The notes: generated by a model not told the origin, from the sequence alone. A DNA stretch of 63,148 nt, filler included, from Bigelowiella natans CCMP2755 (GCA_000320545.1; 5 parts of 5 records of this genome joined end to end with filler, not necessarily neighbours in it); one strand, 5' to 3'; shown: positions 49,115-62,023, numbered from the whole stretch's first letter. Numbers and translations: made by a program.

Positions 49115-50389
49115 TCCAGCATAGATAAACAAATAGCACGGATATTTTCTTACTCCTGTTTTCATATTTATTTCTGTTCTCCGTGCTTAGTATATAATAC
49201 TCCAATATAGCAGTGGTATTAGTATGTACTCTCTATCTCTCTTTCTCTTTCTCTTAATCCCTCTCTCCTCTAAACGTTTTTAGTCCTTGGCTTTTTTTTT
49301 TTCGGGTTGATGGCAAACTGATGATCGATGATGAATGAATTTGAAAAAAGAGACGACTTAAATGATTGGAAATAGATTATAAATTGTGGGTTAATAGCTC
49401 AATTACTATCAAAGGGGGGAGGGGCTGGTGTCTGTCTCATCATCTCGGAGCTTCTAATTCTCCCTATACATACATTAGAGCGGTGGGTGGTGTTTATAGT
49501 AGTTAATTGTACTTCTAAACTACGATTAACGGTGCGATGACTTCCGCAGCGGATATAAGTAGTCTTTCAAACGATTATATCAACATATTTGAGGAGATGA
49601 GTAGTCTTTCAAACAAATGTATCAAACATATTCGAGGAGAAAGCACCATTACCAAAGTACAGCCTGATGATGCTGCTACAATGTAAATAGATACATAGAT
49701 GGTGATGGGCATTGGAAACAACAATAATATGATACTCGTGATGGAAGGAAGGAAGGGCCTCCTTATACGTGCTCATTCTTCATCAAAAAACAAATCTTGG
49801 GGTAAAGAAATACTGGAGTGTCTCTTCTCAATAATGAATGAATGGTAGCAGTGAATTGGAAATGAAGTAGATGTTGACGGGATTTTCACATCACCATCTA
49901 TGGTATAGAAACAGCGAATGAAGATGCAGGAGAGGCCATGGATGATCTCCCCCCCCCCTCCCCCGAATGGGGATTCAACCAGACAATATCAAACACACAC
50001 GTGCAAAATCTGACGGCACATCATACAACGATTATGCAAATATGCTCTGAACATTAGGCGAGCAGATATTCACGCATATGTACGCGACAAAGGCATATAT
50101 ACACAATATACATTTACCTAGATACAACACATCATAGTTTTCTAACTCTGGTTTGTGAAACTATTCACCTATTTCTTTTAAGACATATTCTTTCCAAATA
50201 CGCACACCAATGACATCGAGAGCTTATCAATGACGTAAGCTTGTAGAGATTACGATGATCTTTTACACGAAATGAAAATGGTGTCAGCAGTGGTATCATC
50301 TATCATTGGTTTCCCAGAAGCAAGTGTAGAAAAGTTGCTTGCGTTCCACATTTCCGACAACTTCAAACCCGACTACTGCAATTTAGGAA

Positions 50390-52800
50390 CAATGTTTTTT
50401 TCCTGGATCTCATCTGTTTGTGCCCATTGGCCAATGCACGCACACATGGTGCTTCAGGCGACATCGACTGATCGTGGAATGTGGACTTTCATTTGTCAAC
50501 AAGTGCTTAATGAGTGGAACCATTGTGAGATTGAAAAGGTTGTGCGTTGGACACGTCGTGTTTTCATGTTGTAATGTGTGACTTGGAAAATGCATTGTTG
50601 TGCAAGCTTTGTCCATCGTTTTGTCAGCACGTGGCCCATTTGCGCCTCAGCACAGCTCTGCAGAGCCAATGAGCGATTACTCAAGCCATCGCACAATCAT
50701 GAAGGTTTGAGCAACAGCACTGGAGCAATGCAAATGCATCGTTTTGTCACGCCTTCGGTTTGCACATTTGCCCCATCTAGGCATGTGTGGGAGTCGGCTC
50801 ACTGTCATCTCCTAGTCATCTCCAGCTAGCAGACCCAGTAATTTGCACATCACTGTTGTTGATTGCTTGGATTGTCTGCAGCTTGCTCGGCCTGCATGCT
50901 GCCACATGGCAGCAGGCATTGTGCGATGATGCAACGCAAGCGCGGCATTGATTTGACTTGTGTGCCAGCACGCAATGGACAACGTGACATTGCTAGATTG
51001 TCAAATTGCACGCACGTCACACACGTCACATTGCTGTCTAGCTGTGTCCACAATGCAGATCGAACGGTCACAGCCGGTCAGCCCCTGCTAGCCTGGACCC
51101 GGTCAGCCGGGCTGTTGTCCTTGTCCTCGTTGTCAAGGCAAGCTGCGTGCTTCGGAGTGGGTGACGCTGATCAGCGTGCTGCGGTGACAGATTTGAGGTG
51201 CTGCGCGTGAGTGCAGCGCAGGTGCACGCGTGCGCAAGGCTGGAAGGGTGAAACTGAAGAGTTCCTTGCTGTTGCCACGTTGAACATTCCAGCGTTGCCT
51301 CCACGCCAGCACGGTTGCACGCGCCACAACCTAGCAACACGATTGGATCGTTCTGTGTCACGCGCAGCTGTCGATCGTCGCGCCAATTTGGCAACAGGCA
51401 TGGCGCAACAACAATGGAGTCCACTGAAGGTTGAAGTTGAGCTAGCCAGCTAGTGCGGTGCACTCGCACCACGTGACTGGTTCGTTCTGCACCACCTAGC
51501 CACGTGCAGCTGTCGATGTGTTCCAGTGTTGCAGCAATGAGCAATGAGCAAGGTGCAATGACGATGGGGTCTCTTGTTGAGAACTGAAGTCGGTGTCGTT
51601 GAGTCACGTTGTCACTTGGTCCTTTGAGTTGTTTTGTCACTGTGGTGTTTGAGTGCCACACGGACACTGAAGGAAACCACTTGGAGACAACGCAAGTTGG
51701 ACGTTGTGGAACCTGTTGACGCTCGAAGACTTCTGAAAGAAAAACTGCTCCGAGCAGACAGACACAAGTTGGTTTTGTCTGAAGTGAGCTTCCCCCGCCG
51801 GCGGGACTGGGGGAGAGACCGACCTGGCGATGGTGTCCGACAGTCCAGCAGAGCTGTGTTGGAGTGTCCGAACGTGTCCGAACACGTCCGAAGATCGTTT
51901 GTCTCTCGGTTGCCCGAAGGTGTCCGAACACGTCCGAAGATTGTTGTCCCACAGTCACCCAGAAGGTCATTGTGCACGTTTTGTCTGGTGACTCGGGGAT
52001 CCCAAATTGCCAATTTTGTCCCAACACTGACGTCTCTCGAACTGAAAGTGGTTTTGGGAAACATTGAGTTGAACAATGAACAATGAGTGAAGCATTGATG
52101 CAAAACCACACGAGCACGAACCTCATGGGAGACGTGCACAAACGTGTAGCAGCTGAGCTTTTCGGAATGAAAAATGGCTTGAAGCGCAAAAACAACGAAT
52201 GATTTGTTTGTGATGAAAGTGTGTGCAATGTTTTGAGGCAGATGAAGATGAAGATGAAGATGAACCCAGAACAATGTGCAGTTCCTCTGATCAGAACAAT
52301 GGGAACAATGACGTTTCCAAAGTGAATCCAGTGGAAACGTGTCATCTTCGCACTTGCCCTCGCCACACTTTTCACACATGCTTTTGAGCGGCTCCTTTGA
52401 GGTCCAGGCTTTGACTTGGATGCAAATCGCCCATTGTTTCGTGCACCCAAAGCGGCAGTTGTCAGGAGGTGAAACGTGACGAGGGTGCTGTGATCGAATG
52501 GAAATGCAAGAAGGATTCCTCGATTCCATGCGTTTTCGTGTCGACTTGGAACAGTTCGTCGTGTCGCAGATGCCAATTGACAGGTGAAGAGAGATTCATG
52601 CTCTTTTTGACAGAGCAACGGTCTTCGGGATTTTCAACATCGGACAGCCAAGCACACAGAATGCAACGTGCACACAACCTGTGCATTCACCCACCTGATG
52701 GCATCACACAGAAGGTGAACACACAGACTCATTGCTCCCTCCCGCCCCCCACACACCATCCAAGTTTGAACCAACCAACAGTTTGCCATTGGCAATTGGG
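50390..52800. other. Subtelomeric TpA-free domain
   Basis: 50841-51500 has 7 TA, all CTAG. 51500-52800 has one TA (GTAG at 52147). Confidence 0.95.
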
Positions 52801-52929
52801 TTAGGGTTAGGGTTAGGGTTAGGGTTAGGGTTAGGGTTAGGGTTAGGGTTAGGGTTAGGGTTAGGGTTAGGGTTAGGGTTAGGGTTAGGGTTAGGGTTAG
52901 GGTTAGGGTTAGGGTTAGGGTTAGGGTTA
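52801..52929 (+). repeat. Telomere (TTAGGG)n at contig end
   Basis: About 21 perfect TTAGGG units running into the linker. Confidence 0.97.
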
Positions 52930-52930
52930 T

Positions 52931-53030
52931 NNNNNNNNNNNNNNNNNNNNNNNNNNNNNNNNNNNNNNNNNNNNTTAATTAATTAANNNNNNNNNNNNNN
53001 NNNNNNNNNNNNNNNNNNNNNNNNNNNNNN
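52931..53030. other. Artificial contig linker
   Basis: N44-TTAATTAATTAA-N44. Confidence 0.98.
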
Positions 53031-53060
53031 GGGGGGGGGGGGGGGGGGGGATATTTCTAC

Positions 53061-53758
53061 TCTGTCTTGCCGGCAATCGCTGCCTCGCGTCCAGTTGGAA
53101 CACCGAAAATGGGGGGGGGGAGGGCTTTCGAATCTTCCTCTTCCGTTTCTGTGGGAGAGGATGGCAGCGACGATGACGTCGATTCTACAACAGACGGGGC
53201 AGGCATCACGGCGGTTTCTTGTGGGCTGGGGGGGGGCGTGAAGACAATGAATGACGGTTCCTTGGGGGGCAGTGTTGAAGGAGACTTAGCATCTGCCGAT
53301 ATCTCTCTCTCCTCCTCTGCATCTCTGGTCGTCGAAGCTTGTGAAGCTGTGACGGCAGCGACAGCCTCCATTCTCCCTGAGGACTCCTCTTCCGTTGGAT
53401 CCTCTGCCCCCCCCTTCCCCACCAGCCATCTAAGATTCAGTTTGCTCTCTTCAGGGGGTGGGGGGGGAACAGGTTGCTGCCTTGGCGCGAGCTGCCCGAA
53501 CTGGCTTTTTCCAACGGCGGCGCTACGTGCAGTAGCGGGGAGTGCCTTCCGGACGGAAAAGGCAGGTGCCGGAGAGAAAGGATTCACGCCCCCGCTATGG
53601 CGACGTGGGTGGAGGTACGACGAGGCCCTTCCTGCTGCTCTCGCACTCGGGAGAAACTGGATCGAGGAGGCCGAACAAGGCCCAATGAGCGAGAAAAGAG
53701 CAATGATTGTGCTAGAAAGGCGGAGACGAAAACAACCGTTTATCACGGATTGCACCAT
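53061..53758 (-). CDS. First exon of a probable plastid-targeted protein (signal peptide plus transit-like peptide), truncated
   Basis: MVQSVINGCFRLRLSSTIIALFSLIGPCSA followed by an S/A/R-rich, acid-poor stretch and then a P/E/S-rich region. GT donor at 53060. Confidence 0.55.
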
Positions 53759-54532
53759 TGTGTGAAGCTCAAAGCAATGTGCCCCGAGCCGTGAGAGCGA
53801 TCTTGGTGCAAGAAGTAGGGAAACAGGAGGAAAGGGGGGGGTCGGGGGCATTTAAGATGATGAGTTAGCAGGGAAAGCTTCGGAAGAGCGCAAGATTCGA
53901 ACAATCTATGAATCATTTTCTTTTTCTTTTTTTCCAGGAGAGGTCTAAGCCCTACCAATATTCGCCTACACAGTTTCTAGGTCTCATATTCTCACCAACC
54001 GACCAGTGTCCCCCCCCCCCCCCCCCGCTGCCGTAATCTTACTTGGGGTCAAGCGCGAAAATTGATCGGGATTCGGGAAGGAAATCCATGAAATTGGATG
54101 GCATTTTGGATGTGATACAAAGATTAATTCTGCATAATCGTAAAAATTCGCATGCGTTTCGTGATTATCTCTTGGGCGACGTTCATGCCAAAACAGACGA
54201 GAAAATTTGGTTCGATGCTCAAACCGCTTCGATCTTATGGCAGATGGCGAATTGTGGTTGTCGCTCACATAAAATTGCACGTATTTGTATATCACCCGAA
54301 AATTCCTAAAGAGCGAGTAAACACCCACAAAATGCAGGGCGTTTTCATCAGCCTTCGCCGGAAGCCTGATTCAGAAGCCATCAGCGGCAACTCCTTTTTC
54401 ATACGACCTTCAAATGTTGCCAATAATGTATAGCGACAACGACTACTTGGAGATTTATTGCATAATTGTGCGCCGTTTACCCTATGCTGAGCCTTACTGC
54501 GTGGGGCACATACAGGAAGGTACTATTTTTCG

Positions 54533-55794
54533 ATGGAGGCCCCCCTGCTAGTAGCCCCCCCTTCGTCACTTAAGCTGCAGAAGAAACGCGGTGCCCTTAT
54601 CATGGGCATCGCAGCTGCCTGCACCCTTGCCTTCGTTCTCTTCGCTGGGTTTGGTTCTCCGGTGCTCGGTCGCGGAGCTGTGATGACCTCCACCGCAAGG
54701 ACTGCGCCCTTCGTGATGATGCAGCAGCAGCAGCAGCCCCGTGTCCTCTCCCGCCCAGCTTACTCTTCCATGACCACCACCAAGAACAATGCGCGATGGA
54801 TTGTCCACAACAGCGCGGTTCCTGAGGTGGAACTGAAGACCAAGTCGGTGGAGGAGATGATCGAAAAATCGAAGAACGACCGCCTCGACCACCTCGAGGG
54901 GCAGGCGTTGGAGTCGCTCAAGTACGCAATCGAGGCGCACGAGCACCCAGTCTTCCCCTGCGCGATGATCGCTGGCGATATGGTCATCCTCGACCTCCTG
55001 AATCGCCTAGGATACGTCTCCTCAGGCAAGGTCCAGGTGATGTTCGTGGACACTTTCCACCTCTTCGACGAGACTATCACCTTCATGAAGAGCACCGAGA
55101 AACGCTACGGATTCCAGGGCAATTGGTTCCAAGCGGCCGACTGCGCCGACAAGGCTGAGTATGACCAGAAGCACGGCGCAGACCTCTGGAAGGTGAACAT
55201 CGAGGAGTACGACAGGATCTGCAAGGTCGAGCCTTTCCAGCGCGGCCTCAAGACGCTCCAGTGCGACTGCATGGTGAATGGCCGCCGCCGTGACCATGGA
55301 TTCGAACGTGCATTCATCGACGTATACGAGGGGGGCAAGATGGCCAAGATCAACCCTCTCGCGTACTGGACCTTCGAGGACTGCTGGGACTACATCAAGA
55401 AGTACGACATCCCCTACCACCCCCTCCACGACAAGGGCTACCCCTCCATAGGCGACGCCAAGGACACCGTTCCAGTCGACCGCGAGAAGTGGTTCGAGTA
55501 TGCTGGGGAGCGATCCGGGCGTTTCACGGGCCTCAAGAACAAGGACGGTTCCACGAAGACCGAGTGCGGCATCCACGTCGACGGCGCGGAGCGGACCTTC
55601 GAGCGCGACCTCTGGATTGAGGGAGGGGTGAAGAAGGTCGACCTGGCCGAGGTGGACGGCCTCAAGGACACTATGGTCACGATCTACGCGCCATGGTGCG
55701 AATTCTCGCAGAAGATGGAAGAAGAGTTTACCAAGCTGGCTGCTGAGCAGGACCTTGGAGTCACAGTGACGGTGCGTCTATACAGTTGTTCGTA

Positions 55795-55831
<37 letters not shown>

Positions 55832-56071
55832 CGTAATAGTAGCAGCAACACTGTTGTGTGCATATAAGAGATGCGAGGTCATGTAGCAAGTTTCGCAGCA
55901 GGAGCAGCAATAGTAGTAGTGACGTTGATGGTGGTGGTGGTGGTGGTGGTAGTAGTAGTAGCAGTTGTTGTATGGGCTCGGTTCCCTTCGCTACGGCACA
56001 CTCGAATATGTGGGAATGAGTTGTTGGATGGGGACGCATTAAAAAATTAAAAAAAACATCTCTGCTATTCA

Positions 56072-56104
<33 letters not shown>

Positions 56105-56575
56105 ATTCGAGGATGATGCAATGATGATGACGATGATGATGATGATGGGTAGGGAGATGTGGTACATTGTGATGAGTCTTTCGCCGATATTTAGGCTGCT
56201 CGAGGTGACGAGGAGCGTGAGGTTTCTAGAGGCCTCGGAGTCGAAGCTTTCCCTACCACCTTCGTAATAACAACCAGAAAATATAAGAGCAGAGAGTAAA
56301 AGGGAAGGGAGCCATGTGTATCATTTGTGGGATGGTGATGAAAATACATAAAACTCTTTCGATTTTGTACAGATACCCTAAAATATGGTCAAGGAAAATA
56401 TTTTCTGAATGCTTCCTCCCCCTCCTTTTCCTCCTCCAACCCTAACCCTATCCCCTCCCTCTCTCGCATGCCTATTTCTTTGCAGCTAATCAAGTCGAAC
56501 GGCGAGAGAATCAAGTATCCTACCGAGGATAGGAACGTGGCAGCATGGAAGAAGTTCATCGCCGAGAACAAGTAG
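54533..56575 (+). CDS. APR: Plastid-targeted APS reductase of the FeS-less APR-B/PAPR type fused to a thioredoxin-like domain
   Basis: Exons 54533-55771, 56195-56263 and 56486-56575 are in frame. Motifs VDTFHLF, YDRICKVEPF, GRRRDHG, KINPLAYWT, YHPLHDKGYPSIGD, ERSGRF, TECGIH. C-terminal YAPWCEFSQ...FPT. Bipartite presequence. Confidence 0.9.
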
Positions 56576-56719
56576 GCCGCAACCGAGGTGCCAAGTTTTA
56601 TGTAAAGAAGGAGCGTAGGAGCGTGGTCTACTCTGACCAAAACGAGGCAATAATAAGAAGTCAAAAATTCGCAATTAGCGCTAGAGATACACATTTGAAT
56701 AAGTAACACAGCCGCTATG

Positions 56720-57700
56720 GACGACACGATGCGCACGCGTGTGCACCTGGCAGTCGTCGCGATATGCATGTATATATTCATGTGGCTATGCATGCACTCT
56801 GCCTGGAACGTACGATAGCTCGCCCGGCGCTCGCTAGCTAGCTAGGGCGGGCCGCATCGTCCGTTGTGCAGTGCTAGAGTGCTCTTGTGCTGCATGTGCT
56901 TCAGATCCATCGATCGCGCGCATGCATGCAAGTTGTTGCTCAATCATTCTAGCATTTGTACGTCAATTCCAGATGTGCTCGTCGTAGCTTACCTTTTCTA
57001 GCTTCATTGCTAGTCTGATATATTTTTTCAGTGTATTAGGGTTTATAGGTTGTCTAGCTAGTCATTAATGCAGTGGCTGCTGTAGCTTATGTCTCAGCCT
57101 GCACCAGCTGCACTGCATGCAACATGTCACAACTGTGTCAATCCCGGTAACGAGTGGGTTTTGAACAAACTGTGCTTTGCGCTTGCGGCCTGGCGCGCTC
57201 AATCGTTGCAATTGGACATTGGATATAGAAGCACACTGGAGCCTGTTTGAGGTTCAAATTTGATTTTTTTTTCGAATTTCAGCTTGAAAACCTTATTTTT
57301 CAACGCCTGCCAGCGGGCGAAAATTGAAAAATTCTCACCACTTTTGAACACGCTAGCGCATTTGCATTTGCGTGCCACAAGTTTTGCAAGCTCATGAGGG
57401 TGTGTGCACACCAGCTTCTGGCTTCATGGACGTGCGAAGTTTCAGCACACCATAATGCGCACGCAAAAAGTGCACACCTGGGCGCGCATGAACGCGCAAA
57501 CATGCACTCAATGACTCTTGATTGAAAATTCATGTCATTCGTCGCACGTTTGACACAGTTGTGGTATATGTAGCTAGCAGCTTGTCATGCGCGAGCAATG
57601 GTATGTCTCGATGTCTAGATGTGACCACGGCATATGCCAATTAAGGATCATGATGCTAGTCTCGGCATGAAGGTGTACTATAGCTTTGCAGAGCTAGATT
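56720..57700. other. Partially TpA-depleted, GCTAGC/TGCA-rich intergenic domain
   Basis: About 6 TA in 57100-57560 by hand count; CTAG runs at 56833-56845. Confidence 0.7.
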
Positions 57701-57954
57701 AGGATGACCATGTATTGAAAAGGTTTAGCTCATGTCATTACATCCGTCTCATAGCACTAGAGAATTGAACAGTTAACCGCATCCCTTTCGCTTTGACTCA
57801 GCCATAAGCAAGTAGACACACATATAGCCATTGGATTCATATCATATGAAGTACATTTAGGAGGACTACTTACATGCCTTTCGTCCAGGTAGCAGTGACC
57901 ATCAATGGGGCTGCGAAGTCACTATCGAAGCCATTATCTATAGCAAACCGATTT

Positions 57955-58315
57955 CTATATTATAACCCGTAGGTCACCGCCGTTTCTAATGTTGGCAACC
58001 ACCGCACTATCTGAACTAATTGTAGTAATCATTGCAGACGTGGGATTTTCACGCACAGTGGCATTCAAGGAAGAAGAATCATGCGCTTCTTCGCAACCCC
58101 CATTCAATATGTCTTCGTCTCTTTTTCTAGATACTTGCATGCGGTGCAGCTGCTGATAGGATGCGGGGCGCCCATCAGTCTTGGTGATTGGAACTGCCTG
58201 TCCCACCCTCCGTTCTCTAGAAGACAAAATCTACATTGTTCCGAGGGGGAGGGGGAGGGGGAGGGGGGGGAAGCAGCAAGGATCTCATATTTAGTAATGT
58301 GATACAAGCGTATAA

Positions 58316-58355
<40 letters not shown>

Positions 58356-60705
58356 ATTCACGTATCTATTCCTATGCATTGGATTTCAGACCGACTGCCT
58401 TTTTCTCTTCATCTTTATGCTCATCTCCTTGTTCTCTTCACGCAGCTTCCCTAATTCCGCCGCAAGAGCCCTGTTGATTCGGTATGGCACAAACGGCGCG
58501 AATGCACAAAGAAGAGTGAGCTGCGCTGCACTCAAGCCAGTGGCCCAGCGGGAAAGGTGATAGCATCAATATTCCAACATGCAAGAGCATGGCAACGTCA
58601 AACAGCCAGCCTGCAAGCAGCACCGTAGTTTCTCTTCATGCGCTTCCTCTCGTCGAGCTCGCTCCTAATGTGAAACGTGTCAATTGATTACCAACCATTT
58701 GCGTCCGTGAAAAATAGACTACTACTACTACTGCTACTACTACTACTACTACTACTTCACCTACTGCTACTACTTCTTCGAGGACCTATCGCAGGGTTAC
58801 CTTCTCCATTGCTCTGAGCTCCATTTTCAGGCGGTGCGATTCCGATAAGACCTTCAAGTTAATGATCATGAGCAAGAAGCTCTCAAGGATGCAGCTAAAT
58901 GAAAGAACTTCAAACTTATCGTATCACCTCTGAGTATCTGCAGTGCATTCCCGAGAGCTCTACGCGCAACCTGAAAGCAGCCATCCCCCCCCCCCCCATC
59001 CCAAAGAAAGGGGCAAACCCCAGACTTAGTCAGACGAATTATGATCGCCTCGACACAATCCCTTTTCCCGCTTTATTGACGACAACAACAGCAACAACAA
59101 CGACCTTGCATTTTCTTCTTCTAAATCGAAACTTCGAGCTTCATTGAAGGCTCTGGCGCGCTCATAAGCCTATTCCCCAGCAACAACGCCATTATTCGGT
59201 GAGGGATTCTGCAAGAGGGGGGGGGGGGGCACCCGTGCGCGAAGTGAACCAACCTGGGTGTCGTCTAACACAGTCTGAGCCTGAATAAGGGAAAACGATA
59301 CAGTGATTAAAGCTATTAAATCCATTTTCCACCCCTTCAACCACGTTGCCTACCATCGCGTTTTCTTCTAAAAGGGGCAGCAGCGCCACTTCCTTTCCGC
59401 CTCCTAATCCGTTCCGTTCCAGCTCATCGATAGAACTATGGGCATCACCAGCATGGTCATCACCGTCATCATCTTGTTGTCGAAGAGAACCTATCCAGTA
59501 GCTCTCCTCCTACAACAAAACAAATCAATGATGCGACCGTTGTTGTCCCGAGCGGTAGTCTTGCTTACCGGCCTCTCTGCTTCTATCGTAGCCTGATGGA
59601 TGCATGGGAAAGAAGCAGCCTCCTTCTTCTCAATATTTCTTGATTTTTCAAGAACAACAACCTCCTTGCACCGAGGAGACGTCTTATCCAGCGCCATCTT
59701 TATAGCCGCCGTCCGTGCTTTGATTCGGTCTCTGATAGTTCCATATCATGCCTATGTGAGATCAGCAGCCCGCCCGGCGCAAAATTTTTATCCGGGCACC
59801 ATAGTTCACCTTCTGCGTAAAATCGGGGCCCCCCGTCGACGGCCATGCGTGCGTTTCCCAGACGCAATCTGCTCATATTATATGCATCATGGAGGTGAGA
59901 TGCGACCCACCCTCCTCTTCCCAACACCGAACGAAGGCCTCCCCAACGCTTCGTACCGTATGACGAATACGATCGAGATCTGCGATGAGGTCTTGAACTT
60001 CCGTGTCGAGTTGCATCAGCCTTCCCCCTTCGCCTTCTCTTTCCGCTACGACGACGCGACTCTCCACAACGGCCACTTGGGGGGACCCTATAGCAAACCC
60101 AGGGGATTTATCGGCTACGACTTCACGAAAACTGTATTTATAGACCTACTGGAATTATCGAATACGACTTGATAAAACTGTATTTACAGATAAAAATGCC
60201 ATGTAATTTCATCTCGATCTCGATACCTCAACGGAATTTGAAAGAGCTTATGTCTTAAATTCGAGCATCCAGAACAACGATGAGGGTGAGGAAGAGGGAT
60301 CTAGATCTAGATCTATGTGAAGCTTTTGTTGGAAAGTAGGGGGTGAGGGCGCGGGGGGGGGTGTGGTGGCGACGTGTGGTCCGCCATCTTCAATGTCGCC
60401 AAATCCTGATTTTTGTTCGTGGGTTTCGACTTGAAGGAAATGGGAATAAACTAATTTCTGCTGCTTGATTCTCACCCTGAGCTGTGCATTAAGCACCAGC
60501 CTTTTCCCCCCTCGGCTTCCGAGCGGGGAGAGAACGAGTTGGGTTTTCTATTTTGCGACAAAATGGGAGAGCTGGCGTGTTTAGCAAATCGCTCCATTCC
60601 GCCCACCAATGTCGCGAGGAGCGCCAGTGTTTTTGACACCCCGCCTTCCACCGACATCTCCTCCCTAAAGATTCTGACGAAGAAACACATTTTAGTTTTC
60701 TGCAC
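57955..60705 (-). CDS. Hypothetical multi-exon protein
   Basis: Series of minus-strand open blocks with GT/AG boundaries (e.g. VARRALGNALQILR, CILESFLLMIINLKVLSESHRLKMELRAMEK, LMQLDTEVQDLIADLDRIRHTV). No domain recognised and boundaries are approximate. Confidence 0.4.
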
Positions 60706-61448
60706 GCGCCCTTACAAACGTGGGGTTTCACTATCTCTGCTTAGCTTATCTCTAGCCTGGTGGCGATGTCGTGGCTGTTAGTCGTCAGCCTATCCCTTGC
60801 GTCGTCGTCTTCGCAGATTCGCCTAATCACTCTTCTCGCTACTACATGTTAAATATATCTCACTGTGTATAAAATCTATCGACATGTAGGGGCGGCGCGC
60901 ACTCGATCGCGCCAGTGAATGGGTTGTGTGTCTTTGAGCCCGGAGCCAGCGACCGAGATCGAGATAAAGAATACTACCAAGGACGCTGGGGAACACCTCA
61001 TGATGCCTTCATCAGGTGCCACGATGCTTGCAGGTGGTGAGGGGGGGGGGCGGGAGCTGCTTTTTTATTGCTAACCCATCTATGTGTCTGCATCGAGCGG
61101 GTCGTCATGGCTTCTAGAAACTAGATGCGAAGAAAGAAGAAGAAGAAGGGAAAAGTGTTTATCTCACGCTTGGCGAACCATGTCATCGTCTCGCCGAGTA
61201 AGTAAATCGTCCATCCTCACCTGCCAACAGCCGTGGAGCTCGGAAGCGAGCAAAGAGGAGATCTGTGCGGCAATTCCATCAAGAATATCCCCGCGATGAT
61301 GGACAAGTGAGTTCTACGCATGATGATAGAAGATCATGGTGCCGGTGATGATGCTGGTGATGATGAAGAGAACAAATAGCTTCAAAAAAAGACGATTCCC
61401 GACAAACAATAACCCCATCAACACCTGAGAAAAACCATTCTCACGAGT

Positions 61449-61805
61449 CAAACCGTATGCACAACGCGCAGGGGGGGCGGTGGAACGACGGCGGTCACTT
61501 CTGCGGGGGGGAGGGACGAGTCATCACAGAACTCTGTGGGAGGAGGAGGCAGCACAGGCTCGAAATCAAGCAATTGGCGGCCAACGGAAGAGCAAGTACA
61601 GAAGTATTGCGAGTTCCTTGGGATGGATCCAATCAAAGACAGTCACCTCAAATACATTGCCGCGCATGCGCTCACGGCTCCTATTCCTCCGCCCTGGAAA
61701 GAGGTGTGTTTTCCCTGTTCCTTTTCCTTTTCAGGGGATCTGAATTCTGAACCTAACATATGGCTGGCCTTCGTTGCGTATGTGCTGATGTGAGTTGATG
61801 TTGGC

Positions 61806-61843
<38 letters not shown>

Positions 61844-61919
61844 CTTTTGCCCTTTCTGCTTGATTCATGGTAGTTCGAAACGCACGACGGTTATGTCTAC
61901 TACGTCAACAGCGTCACAG
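61449..61919 (+). CDS. CEP164-like N-terminal helical plus WW domain protein (partial)
   Basis: WRPTEEQVQKYCEFLGMDPIKDSHLKYIAAHALTAPIPPPWKE spliced to FETHDGYVYYVNSVTG. Confidence 0.75.
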
Positions 61920-62023
61920 GTGTCTCATACCTGCGACGGAGGGGGGGGGGGGAGGGAGGGGAGGGGAGGGGGGAGAAGAAGATTAAAAAGAGAAATCATT
62001 CATATTGTTCGTATTCCAACGTG

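Noticed and set aside
51068-52618. 516-aa and 305-aa overlapping ORFs (and many ORFs in 17362-19445)
   Set aside because: By-product of TpA loss: TAA/TAG stops are missing in all frames. The translations are almost Tyr-free, C/H-rich and have no recognisable domain.
56437-56455. CCCTAACCCTA telomere-like motif in an APR intron
   Set aside because: Under two units within a pyrimidine tract; compatible with chance.
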